The notes under the pieces are model-generated. The model was not told the origin of the DNA. It searched no databases and was given only the letters and a program-made list of their open reading frames with translations. Both the position numbers and the translations under genes were made by a program. Positions 8,304-16,633 of a stretch of DNA of 19,916 nt are shown one piece after another (position 1 is the stretch's first letter; each line of letters begins with the position of its first letter). The stretch is from Candidatus Hydrothermarchaeota archaeon (GTDB lineage: Archaea > CAYFZR01), in NCBI GenBank assembly GCA_046760505.1, contig JBHIEG010000028.1:1-19916 (forward strand), written 5' to 3'.

Positions 8304-8873
8304 CTAATCTCTTGTCTTTTGAATTATCCTATCTAACAGTTTTATCTCCTTTTCAGCGAAAAAAAGCGCTGTGTCATGGGCTTCTTCTACATTTTGCGTT
8401 ACAGGGGTACAAATCTGAATCATCATGCTGTACTTAAAGCTCGGAAGAAAGAATAAAACCTTGGATCTCCTCTCAAATATATTCAAGTACCATGCTATAA
8501 CCCATCTTTTTTCTCCGTTCTTTTCTACCAAAAGTTTCATCACATTTCTATCGTGGTAGATGGTTTTTTCTTTCGTTAATATGTTCCATCCGGCCAGTTT
8601 ATAGCATGTATACGGGTCCTGCAAACTTTTAAGCCCCCTACCTTTATAAAGCGCTATCCATGTCTTCACATCCTTGGATGTATACTGTTTTACGGCTACA
8701 GATTCTTTTTCTGATAGGGTAGACTCCCTGAATCCTGTTATAGTTGGAAACAACTCTTCCGATTTAAGCTCTGGAATTGAATCTCTTGGGAGAGGCTTTT
8801 GAACTATTAAAGGTATCCAAGACAGTATAAGTATGGTTAAGACAAGCAAGGCGTATCTCTGCTCTTTATTCAT
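8304..8873 (-). CDS. Exosortase-associated EpsI family protein (stand-alone)
   Basis: N-terminal TM, WIALY, and LQDPYTCYKLAGWNI, which matches the EpsI H-x-P-x-x-C-Y-x-x-x-G-W motif with the His lost. VIAWY follows. Overlaps the exosortase stop. Confidence 0.72.
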   Translation of the reverse strand: MNKEQRYALLVLTILILSWIPLIVQKPLPRDSIPELKSEELFPTITGFRESTLSEKESVAVKQYTSKDVKTWIALYKGRGLKSLQDPYTCYKLAGWNILTKEKTIYHDRNVMKLLVEKNGEKRWVIAWYLNIFERRSKVLFFLPSFKYSMMIQICTPVTQNVEEAHDTALFFAEKEIKLLDRIIQKTRD

Positions 8874-9657
8874 GGGCGAGCACCCTCAAATAAACTATCA
8901 TCAGGATCATGAACATTAACCAGCCTCCAAATATGTGAAACACTCCTTGAGCCAAGTGCATATTGTTTAGTGCTATCAGCAAGATCAGCATTAGTCTCAT
9001 GACATTAATTGCAGGTATGAGTAAGAGTATCGAAAGGCTTAAAATAGTTTTTCTCTTTAGGCTTTGGAGAGGTAAAAGAAAGATAAACGCTGTAAACACA
9101 AAAAAAGGTATCAGGATCTCTCCGCTACTGCAGAGAGGAGTTATATAGAACATAGGCACTCCTTCGTTGAGTATAACCGTATCTTTTAGAGATAGATCAG
9201 TACCCAATCCATTTAATATGTCGATGGCTAAGTTAGCCTCTAAAAGTGATAGTTTGGCTCCAAAATAGGTTATCACGTAGTAGTTTGGTGGTATTAAAAA
9301 TATTAAAAAGAGTATTGAAGGAATTGCTTTTTTTACCTTTTGAACAGGATAAAAGAGCAGTAAATAGCCAAATATGAAAGCCATTAGAGACAGAATCATT
9401 ACTTCCATCGAGAGATAGAACAGATTATACCTGAGAAAAGAGACAAGTACCAGTAAAATCAGACCCGCTACCCTGAAAAATTTTTCATTTTCACAGGGGA
9501 TTTTCCATCTTTCTTTAAATATAATAAAGGACATTATGGGCACCAGGATGCCGTGCCTTGACCACGGATCTTCGTACCAAATTGATAGAAGGCGAAAGAT
9601 CTCACTGCCGAAAAGAGGAATCAATGCGAGAATAAATACTGCATTTATGAATCGCAT
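8866..9657 (-). CDS. Exosortase/archaeosortase family transpeptidase (EpsH-like)
   Basis: WYEDPWSRHGILVP N-terminal motif, FLIFLIPP, and a catalytic triad context of PLCSS (Cys), INVMRL (Arg) and VFHIFGG (His). Start moved from 9852 to ATG 9657 to remove the overlap with the CPBP gene. Confidence 0.88.
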   Translation of the reverse strand: MRFINAVFILALIPLFGSEIFRLLSIWYEDPWSRHGILVPIMSFIIFKERWKIPCENEKFFRVAGLILLVLVSFLRYNLFYLSMEVMILSLMAFIFGYLLLFYPVQKVKKAIPSILFLIFLIPPNYYVITYFGAKLSLLEANLAIDILNGLGTDLSLKDTVILNEGVPMFYITPLCSSGEILIPFFVFTAFIFLLPLQSLKRKTILSLSILLLIPAINVMRLMLILLIALNNMHLAQGVFHIFGGWLMFMILMIVYLRVLAHE

Positions 9658-9682
9658 ACCGAGTAACTCTGTGTAGGATAAC

Positions 9683-9697
9683 TCTATAAATTTCTTT
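9683..9697 (-). promoter_or_regulatory. Internal BRE/TATA-like promoter upstream of the exosortase
   Basis: The minus strand reads AAAGAAA-TTTATAGA. The TATA box (9690-9683) starts 33 nt before ATG 9657. Confidence 0.45.
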
Positions 9698-10535
9698 ATA
9701 AAAATTTGTGATACGGGAGCATCTGAAACAACACCATGTTCACCATGAAGTGAGCGGCTATGGGAGTCATCAGACTTCTCGTAACATAAAAAATAATTCC
9801 AAATACTATTCCTACGTAGAATGTAAAAGCGATCTCCATGGAACTTAGCCATATGCTGTGCATGCCGCTGAATATAATGCTTGTCAATATGATTGCATAG
9901 AAAGAATCCGTAACCTTCAGTGCATTCGAGAGAAAAATCCCCCTGTATAGAAGCTCTTCTGTGAACCCAAGCATGAAAAATGTAGATACAGATACGAACG
10001 GATAGTAAGGTAAGACCTTTCCGGGAGAGAGTATTAAAAATTCAGTTATTCCAAGTATGGCTCCGAGTATCAGACCCAGGACAATGTTTTTCACGAAGTT
10101 TTCTCTGATCAGCCCTAGATCCCTAAGATCAAAGCCCTGATGATAGGCAAGGATCATGGAGGCTGGCAGCAGTATGGAATATGTTATCTGAAACTGATAG
10201 TGGGTCAGGAATAGATTTAAGGGAAGTCCGGAATTTACCAGACGGAGTAATGCGAAGAGTATAAAACTCTGAATTACGAGAACGATATTTCTTTCATCTA
10301 TAAAGAGAGGAGAAAGCACTGCGAGGATTATGAGTGCTACATACGCTACTATGCCCCAGTAGGTTGAGTGGTAGGAATAAATGCCCTCGCTGGATAGGAG
10401 AAACAGCGTAAATATCAATGGATACTTCATCTTGCTTAGGTTAAATCTTTCTAAGGAGAGATATTTAATAGCCAGTACAATGCAGGAGATTATTATAAGT
10501 ATATTCAAGATTAATACGGGAAAGCCGATGTTCAT
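9696..10535 (-). CDS. CPBP (Abi/type II CAAX, Rce1-like) intramembrane glutamic endopeptidase
   Basis: Three CPBP motifs, TEELLYRG (EExxxR), FSGMH (FxxxH) and AHFMVN (HxxxN), in a multi-TM protein. ATGA overlap with the 791-aa gene. Confidence 0.92.
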   Translation of the reverse strand: MNIGFPVLILNILIIISCIVLAIKYLSLERFNLSKMKYPLIFTLFLLSSEGIYSYHSTYWGIVAYVALIILAVLSPLFIDERNIVLVIQSFILFALLRLVNSGLPLNLFLTHYQFQITYSILLPASMILAYHQGFDLRDLGLIRENFVKNIVLGLILGAILGITEFLILSPGKVLPYYPFVSVSTFFMLGFTEELLYRGIFLSNALKVTDSFYAIILTSIIFSGMHSIWLSSMEIAFTFYVGIVFGIIFYVTRSLMTPIAAHFMVNMVLFQMLPYHKFL

Positions 10536-12907
10536 TCTTCCTCATCTCCCATCATGGCATAATTCTTGATGGCATAAATCGTGATGACAAATACAATCAG
10601 TGCGAGCGTAACCATTACCTTTAATGATCGAATTTTATCTTTGAGACTCGATAGATCATCTTTGGCAAATGATATTGTAATCTCAGCGTAATCATATGCA
10701 CGTTTAGCCTGAAGTTTGGAATCTGAATACAGGTGTGCCATGTACAGCGACCTTGCCTCGCTTTCATACTCTCTAGCCCTCTTGTAAAGGGACATCAGGT
10801 GATCCATGTCCTCCTTATCGGACTTGATCCAGAGGAACTCTACACTCTCCAGTTCTTTTATCAGATCACCTGCCTCTTTCAGCCTTTCCTCACATGATTT
10901 CAAATATTCCAATGCGGGTTCCTTTTCCTCAATTTCCTTCTTTCTTTCAATGTAACTGTACCTGTTTTCTGCAAGCGTTAAAAGCACGCTTGAAGAGTTC
11001 AAGAAGGAGTTTGCCCTGAGGAATTCTCCTTCAGAATATGCCTTTCTCGAGTCCTCCAACATCTTTTTGCTTAGATACAACAGTTCACTTGCATGGAGGG
11101 CGTCCGGGGATTTTATATAAGAAAGTTTATCTTCCAGCTCCAGGATCTCTTCCTCATTTTTTTCAATGCTTTTTGGAATTTTTTCTTTTATATAAGATAA
11201 TTTTTCGGTTTGTTTTCTTTTAAGTTCTGCCTTTCTTGTTTCCTGTATCCTTGCAATCTTTTTAAGTTCGTCATTGTAGTCTATTCTCAATGTTATATTG
11301 GTGGGAGATGTAAATTTATAGTAGAAAACGTCTTTTCCATCCTCTTTATATTGATACGCTGGAGGAGGAGAAGCTTTTTTAAGAATCAAACCTTCTGGAA
11401 GTTTTACTAAAATTTCAGCAAGAAAAACCTCTCTATTCAGAGCAGGTTTCAGGTAGAGGTAGTAATCAAAATCGCTCACTCTATTTATAAGATCTTTTGT
11501 ATAGGTCTCGATGGTATATCTGTATCGCCTTGTGTGCCTTACTGGCTCTCTAAAGGATGTTTGTATCAGGCTACCTTTGTCTTCCGGGATTACATTAAAT
11601 TTTAACGGCCCGTAGCGATCATATATCGCGAAAGAATTGGTGCTTCCCAGATTAAGATATATCCTGTCGTGGGTTATGTATGAAAAAGAGACATTGTTCT
11701 CGTATACTATGGTTCCGGTGAAATGGCAGGTTCCCGCCCCGGTTACATCAACGGTAAAGTAGACATTTGGATAGAAACCCTCTGAGCTTATGGCATGGGC
11801 TGGCAGCATTAATGCGAGAAGCAGAAACCAGAACCTCTTTCTAAAAAGGAAATAGAATATCAGCATCGTGAGTAGGGGTAGAACAGTGCCCATCGGGACA
11901 AATGGAACTGGAGGAATCACCTCTGGTTTGGTATAAACTTTTGCCCTCTTGATTTTCTCTCTCAAATAATCTAGAAGAAATGTCGCGGTTCTATTACTCT
12001 TGCGTATATCCACCGTCCATTTGCTCACCTCAGTAATTGGCAATTCAGTTTTAGGTATACTTACTTCGATGCTCTTTTCTCCCCATGAGATTGATGAACA
12101 CGATGCTAAACCGCTAAAATATGTTTTGTTCCATTTATACAATCTAAAAGAATCTCTTTCATCGATTTTAATCATGTAATCTGCTCCCATGGATGGAGGC
12201 TCCTCTCCGCTTGCTGATGTTGGCATCAAGGAAAGTGAGAATCCTGTTTTATTAGAGGAATCAGCATCGATCCATATGGTAAATTGCTTTGAGTAGGGCA
12301 GTGATTTCTCTATATCGCCCTCGGTTACGATCTTATAGTGCACGGTATCGTTCCCCTCAGATAGATATGAATTCACTATGTTTGATTCTGCAGGCGGCTT
12401 TTTTACATCCCCATCTTTGATAGAAGTTTTCCAGACCGGGGTTATGTTTTTTACAGATAGTTTTTCGATTTCTCTTCTATAATCAAAAAAATAGGCATTT
12501 GGGCGATTATACCTATCATATACAAAAAAAGGATAGAGACCATCTTCTTTTATGGAGGAAAGTTCAAATATAAGGATATATGGCTGAAGAGCCTTTAATT
12601 TTTCTAATTGAATGGAATAAGCCCTTTCCGCATGGAGTAATTTTGGCGTGATATTTAGAACCCTTATATCAATCCTCTTGGCATCAATGTCATAGGCTCT
12701 GAAATTCCTCGCGTATAAATTCTCAGAGAGTTCTATGGTTATGTTCTCCTTTTCCAAGTTTATGTCAGAGGTTAGAGTCACCATAGTACTTACAATAGGT
12801 CTTTGATCACTTGCTTTTTGGTCCGTGCATAAAATACTGGTCTGCGCGAGAGCAACGGGTAAAAGAAGTGCGATCAAGGTTACGAATGTTACATTTTTCA
12901 GAACCAT
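10532..12907 (-). CDS. Large bipartite exported/membrane-anchored protein: DOMON-like N-half, internal TM-RKR-signal peptide, C-half paralogous to the upstream gene
   Basis: 791-aa ORF with N-terminal signal peptide (LLPVALA), a WIDADSSNKTG...GADY...IEVSIP segment, an internal double hydrophobic segment at aa 330-372, a helical/coiled-coil region and a C-terminal TM. Confidence 0.8.
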   Translation of the reverse strand: MVLKNVTFVTLIALLLPVALAQTSILCTDQKASDQRPIVSTMVTLTSDINLEKENITIELSENLYARNFRAYDIDAKRIDIRVLNITPKLLHAERAYSIQLEKLKALQPYILIFELSSIKEDGLYPFFVYDRYNRPNAYFFDYRREIEKLSVKNITPVWKTSIKDGDVKKPPAESNIVNSYLSEGNDTVHYKIVTEGDIEKSLPYSKQFTIWIDADSSNKTGFSLSLMPTSASGEEPPSMGADYMIKIDERDSFRLYKWNKTYFSGLASCSSISWGEKSIEVSIPKTELPITEVSKWTVDIRKSNRTATFLLDYLREKIKRAKVYTKPEVIPPVPFVPMGTVLPLLTMLIFYFLFRKRFWFLLLALMLPAHAISSEGFYPNVYFTVDVTGAGTCHFTGTIVYENNVSFSYITHDRIYLNLGSTNSFAIYDRYGPLKFNVIPEDKGSLIQTSFREPVRHTRRYRYTIETYTKDLINRVSDFDYYLYLKPALNREVFLAEILVKLPEGLILKKASPPPAYQYKEDGKDVFYYKFTSPTNITLRIDYNDELKKIARIQETRKAELKRKQTEKLSYIKEKIPKSIEKNEEEILELEDKLSYIKSPDALHASELLYLSKKMLEDSRKAYSEGEFLRANSFLNSSSVLLTLAENRYSYIERKKEIEEKEPALEYLKSCEERLKEAGDLIKELESVEFLWIKSDKEDMDHLMSLYKRAREYESEARSLYMAHLYSDSKLQAKRAYDYAEITISFAKDDLSSLKDKIRSLKVMVTLALIVFVITIYAIKNYAMMGDEEE

Positions 12908-12908
12908 A

Positions 12909-14345
12909 TCATCCCTCTTTAATTTTTTCTTGGATCTTGGAGATTTTTTTATCGATTTCTTCCAACCTTCTCTCGTACTCCTCCTTGGATATCAGTTTTC
13001 TCTCATAGTCCTTGGATACTTTGATATACTCTTCCCTAAGCGACTCCAATGCTTCTGAGGGCTCTTCCATGCCAGAAATATAATCATAAAACCGGGAGAA
13101 TCTAAAGGCTATGTTCTCTTTGAATATCGCAAACACTCCTGCAAGAAGAATTACTCCGATTCCTAAGAGTGTTAATCGAACCATGGATTCTTTCCGTCTA
13201 ATCTCTCTGTCAGCAAGTGCAATAGCCTTAGAAGCATATTCCCAGGATTTTTTTGCCTCTACATTTGCTAAAAGATATTTTTTATTTTGGAGTGCTTTTT
13301 TCGCACTTTGATAATGGAGTTTTGAAGAGGAATATTCTTTGTTCACCCCGGTTACATTGGGCTCGATCCAGAGAAATCCATTCAGATGATCAAGTTTTTT
13401 TTCTATACGTCTCAAACTTTCATTAGCCATCTTTAGGTACATCAAACTAGATTTCAGAGCCTCTTTCTCAGTTTTTTGATTAAATTCTTCCAATTTGATT
13501 TGAATAGAATCAATCAAACGTGTCGATGATAACAGATAAGCCTCAGCGCTGTCAAAATCAGATTTTTTTAAATAGGACTGAGACAGTGCCAGCATTTCTT
13601 CTGCCTTATCTAAACACTCTAAGTACAGATCAACATTTCTCTCAACTTCTTGGAGTTCTGATGCAAGAGTCCTGAGACCGTTAATCCTCTCAATTTGGTT
13701 GGATATGTTTTGCTCTAACTCCAACGTTTTGGGCTCTGGGGGATTAAGTATCTTGGTGCCTCCTTTCTCACGGTTGTAGTGTATTGATATCCTTGTAAGA
13801 TCCGACATGGGCTTCAAATCATAGAAGAAGACAATTCTCTTTCCCTCTTTATATATCCGCTCTGGATCGGGTGAATAAGACCTGTACCTTGCGTTGTAAG
13901 GCAGTCTTATGAGTACATCAAGATCAGATACAGGTATTCCCTCGATGGTGCCGAATGTAAGGTTGAAGACGTATGAAAAAGTTCCAGTCTTGGTAACCAG
14001 TCCCTTTGAATAAAATTTCACCGTGTATCTTAAAACTTCTTTCGCAACGTCTCTTCTAAACTTAATGTCTATTGTTGATATATCTCCTTTTCTGATATCA
14101 TAATCAAAGGGTCCTTCCTCGCTTAATATTTCAACGTACCAGATTTCATCCACATTTAAGAATACAGTATCCTTGGTTGCGATTGTTTCATACTGAAGGT
14201 TGGAGTATGTAACGTTTAATACTATATAGGCAATTTCTTCCTCCAAAAGATCACAAGTTACCTTTATCTCCGGATGTATTCCAGAATAGCCCTGAACAGT
14301 AGAGAGAAGAGCGAGCATCATCAGCATCATAGCAATAAGTCTTAT
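12909..14345 (-). CDS. Exported beta-domain plus helical-stalk membrane protein with cytoplasmic SHOCT-like tail
   Basis: Signal peptide ending STVQG, TM LTLLGIGVILLAGVFAIF and tail LISKEEYERRLEEI. The ORF track starts at ATG 14330, but the SD position favours the in-frame ATA at 14345. Confidence 0.75.
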   Translation of the reverse strand: MRLIAMMLMMLALLSTVQGYSGIHPEIKVTCDLLEEEIAYIVLNVTYSNLQYETIATKDTVFLNVDEIWYVEILSEEGPFDYDIRKGDISTIDIKFRRDVAKEVLRYTVKFYSKGLVTKTGTFSYVFNLTFGTIEGIPVSDLDVLIRLPYNARYRSYSPDPERIYKEGKRIVFFYDLKPMSDLTRISIHYNREKGGTKILNPPEPKTLELEQNISNQIERINGLRTLASELQEVERNVDLYLECLDKAEEMLALSQSYLKKSDFDSAEAYLLSSTRLIDSIQIKLEEFNQKTEKEALKSSLMYLKMANESLRRIEKKLDHLNGFLWIEPNVTGVNKEYSSSKLHYQSAKKALQNKKYLLANVEAKKSWEYASKAIALADREIRRKESMVRLTLLGIGVILLAGVFAIFKENIAFRFSRFYDYISGMEEPSEALESLREEYIKVSKDYERKLISKEEYERRLEEIDKKISKIQEKIKEG

Positions 14346-14579
14346 GGTCGAACCTCCCCTGAGTTATCTTCTACCGTGAAATTTAAAAATTCTTCCATGA
14401 GCCACTGGATCTTTCGGCTATGAAGAAAAATATTACCTTAAAAACTTTGTCATCGGTAAAAATGTTGTATCCGCAAAATAATTAAATTGATTAAGAAATT
14501 CAAATAAAGGAGATAAACGACGGAGATAAATTGAGGGAAAGATAGTTAGAAATGAGAGTTTACATTAAAGGTGCTTGAG

Positions 14580-15851
14580 ATGAAAATCATAAGATGGAAT
14601 GATCTTTCTGAAATAGAGAAGGAGAGGATAGTTGACAGGGGAAGGGTAGAATTAACCAGGGCAATAGAAGCGGTGAGATCGATAGTAGATGATGTGAAGA
14701 TCAGGGGAGACAAGGCTCTGATAGATTATACAGAGAAATTCGACGGTGTAAGGCTTAAAGATCTGAGAGTAAGCGAAGAGGAATACGAGGAGGCTTTTTC
14801 TAAAGCAGAGAAGAAACTTATCAGAGCCATAGAAAGCGCCGCCAGGAACATAGAATCCTTTCACAAAAAACAGATTGATGTGGAATACAGAATCATTGAA
14901 GACGGGATAGAACTTAGAAGAATTGCTCGCCCCTTAGAGTCTGTAGGCATCTATGTGCCAGGAGGAAAGGCAGCCTATCCTTCCACTCTTTTGCATGCGG
15001 TTATACCTGCTAGAATAGCAGGGGTGGAAAATATTATAACATGCACTCCTCCCTTCAATGGCTCAATAAACCCATCAATACTGATAGCAGCAAGGATTCT
15101 TGGATTAAAGGAAATTTACAAGGTTGGGGGGGCTCAAGCCATAGCGGGAATGGCTTATGGTACGGAAACAATTAGGAAGGTTGATAAGATCATAGGACCC
15201 GGAAATATATACGTTACCGCTGCTAAAGAACTTGTCAGAGGAACCTGCGATATAGATTTTGTTGCGGGACCCAGCGAAATATTGATTCTCGCAGAAGAAG
15301 GCAATCCAAAATTTATTGCATCAGATCTCCTTGCTCAAGCAGAGCACGATGAATACGCTTGCGTTATAGCATGCGTTTTTGATGAAGAACTTGCTAAGAA
15401 GATTAAATTAGAAACCGAAAGGCTTCTCGAAGATCTATCAAGGAAGGATATAATTACCAAAGCAATGAAAAACGCTAAAATAATCGTTTTCGATAAACTA
15501 AAGGAAGGAATAAATTTCGTCAATAAATTTGCTCCAGAACACCTATCTTTGATGGTAAAAGATCCGGAAGAGGTATTAAAACAGATAAAAAATGCAGGCT
15601 CCATATTCATTGGTGAATACTCTCCAGTAGCAGCAGGGGACTATGCATCTGGCACAAATCATATCTTACCAACCCATGGCATGGCAAGATTCACATCTGG
15701 CATATCGGTAGATGACTTTTTAAAGAAGCCTACCGTACAGAAAATATCAAGGGAAGGTTTGAAGAAATTAAGAGAAACGGTAACGGTACTTGCAAGAACT
15801 GAGGGACTTGAAGCGCATGCAAGATCTGTAGAGATAAGATTTGAGGAATGA
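14580..15851 (+). CDS. hisD: Histidinol dehydrogenase
   Basis: [46 protein letters not shown] and [16 protein letters not shown] 14580 follows SD AGGTG (the ORF track uses GTG 14571). Confidence 0.97.
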   Translation: MKIIRWNDLSEIEKERIVDRGRVELTRAIEAVRSIVDDVKIRGDKALIDYTEKFDGVRLKDLRVSEEEYEEAFSKAEKKLIRAIESAARNIESFHKKQIDVEYRIIEDGIELRRIARPLESVGIYVPGGKAAYPSTLLHAVIPARIAGVENIITCTPPFNGSINPSILIAARILGLKEIYKVGGAQAIAGMAYGTETIRKVDKIIGPGNIYVTAAKELVRGTCDIDFVAGPSEILILAEEGNPKFIASDLLAQAEHDEYACVIACVFDEELAKKIKLETERLLEDLSRKDIITKAMKNAKIIVFDKLKEGINFVNKFAPEHLSLMVKDPEEVLKQIKNAGSIFIGEYSPVAAGDYASGTNHILPTHGMARFTSGISVDDFLKKPTVQKISREGLKKLRETVTVLARTEGLEAHARSVEIRFEE

Positions 15852-15854
15852 TGC

Positions 15855-16613
15855 ATGCTTAAAAAGAGAATAATACCCTGTCTGGACGTGAAGGACGGAA
15901 AGGTCGTTAAAGGCATCCATTTTGTAAACTTGAGAGACGCGGGAGATCCTGTGGAACTTGCAATGATGTACAATGAACAAGAGGCAGATGAACTCGTATT
16001 CCTAGACATCACCGCTTCCCATGAGAAGAGGGACATAATGATAAACGTGGTCGAAAAAACCGCGGAGCACGTGTTTATACCTCTAACGGTAGGGGGAGGA
16101 TTAAGGGATCTGGAGGATATCAGAACCGTATTAAAGGCAGGAGCAGACAAAGTCTCCATAAATACCGCTGCGGTTTTAAATCCCGAACTTGTGAGGGAAG
16201 CAAGCAAGAAATTTGGCTCTCAGTGCATTACTGTAGCAATAGATGCCAAAAGAGTCTCTGATAAGAAGTGGGAGGTTTACATATACGGCGGTAGAAAGCC
16301 AACAGGACTCGATGCCTTAAAATGGGGCAAGAAGGTAGAAGAATTAGGTGCAGGAGAAATTCTTTTGACCAGCATGGATAGAGATGGAACAAAGGATGGA
16401 TATGATCTAGAACTTACCAGAACGTTTTCTGAGAATTTAAACATACCGATAATCGCTTCCGGAGGCGCAGGAAATAAAGAACATATATATGAGGCGCTCA
16501 CCTTAGGTAAGGCAGACGCCGCCCTAGCAGCTTCAATATTTCACTATGGAAAATATACGGTGAAGGAGATAAAAGAATATCTGACCTCTAAAGGCGTTCC
16601 GGTTAGAATTTAA
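15855..16613 (+). CDS. hisF: Imidazole glycerol phosphate synthase cyclase subunit
   Basis: [53 protein letters not shown] and AALAASIFH. Confidence 0.98.
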   Translation: MLKKRIIPCLDVKDGKVVKGIHFVNLRDAGDPVELAMMYNEQEADELVFLDITASHEKRDIMINVVEKTAEHVFIPLTVGGGLRDLEDIRTVLKAGADKVSINTAAVLNPELVREASKKFGSQCITVAIDAKRVSDKKWEVYIYGGRKPTGLDALKWGKKVEELGAGEILLTSMDRDGTKDGYDLELTRTFSENLNIPIIASGGAGNKEHIYEALTLGKADAALAASIFHYGKYTVKEIKEYLTSKGVPVRI

Positions 16614-16633
16614 AGTATATTGGAGTAGTTTTT

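Noticed and set aside
9658-9852. 65-aa N-terminal extension of the exosortase in the ORF track
   Set aside because: It overlaps the CPBP gene by more than 150 nt and looks non-protein-like, and a TATA box sits just upstream of ATG 9657.
8963-13311. Short alternative ORFs 8963-9148, 10381-10569, 11038-11223, 11210-11410, 12811-13008, 12825-13058 and 13111-13311
   Set aside because: They are antisense to long, well-supported minus-strand genes.
14652-16501. Minus-strand ORFs within hisD and hisF
   Set aside because: They are antisense shadows of conserved housekeeping genes.
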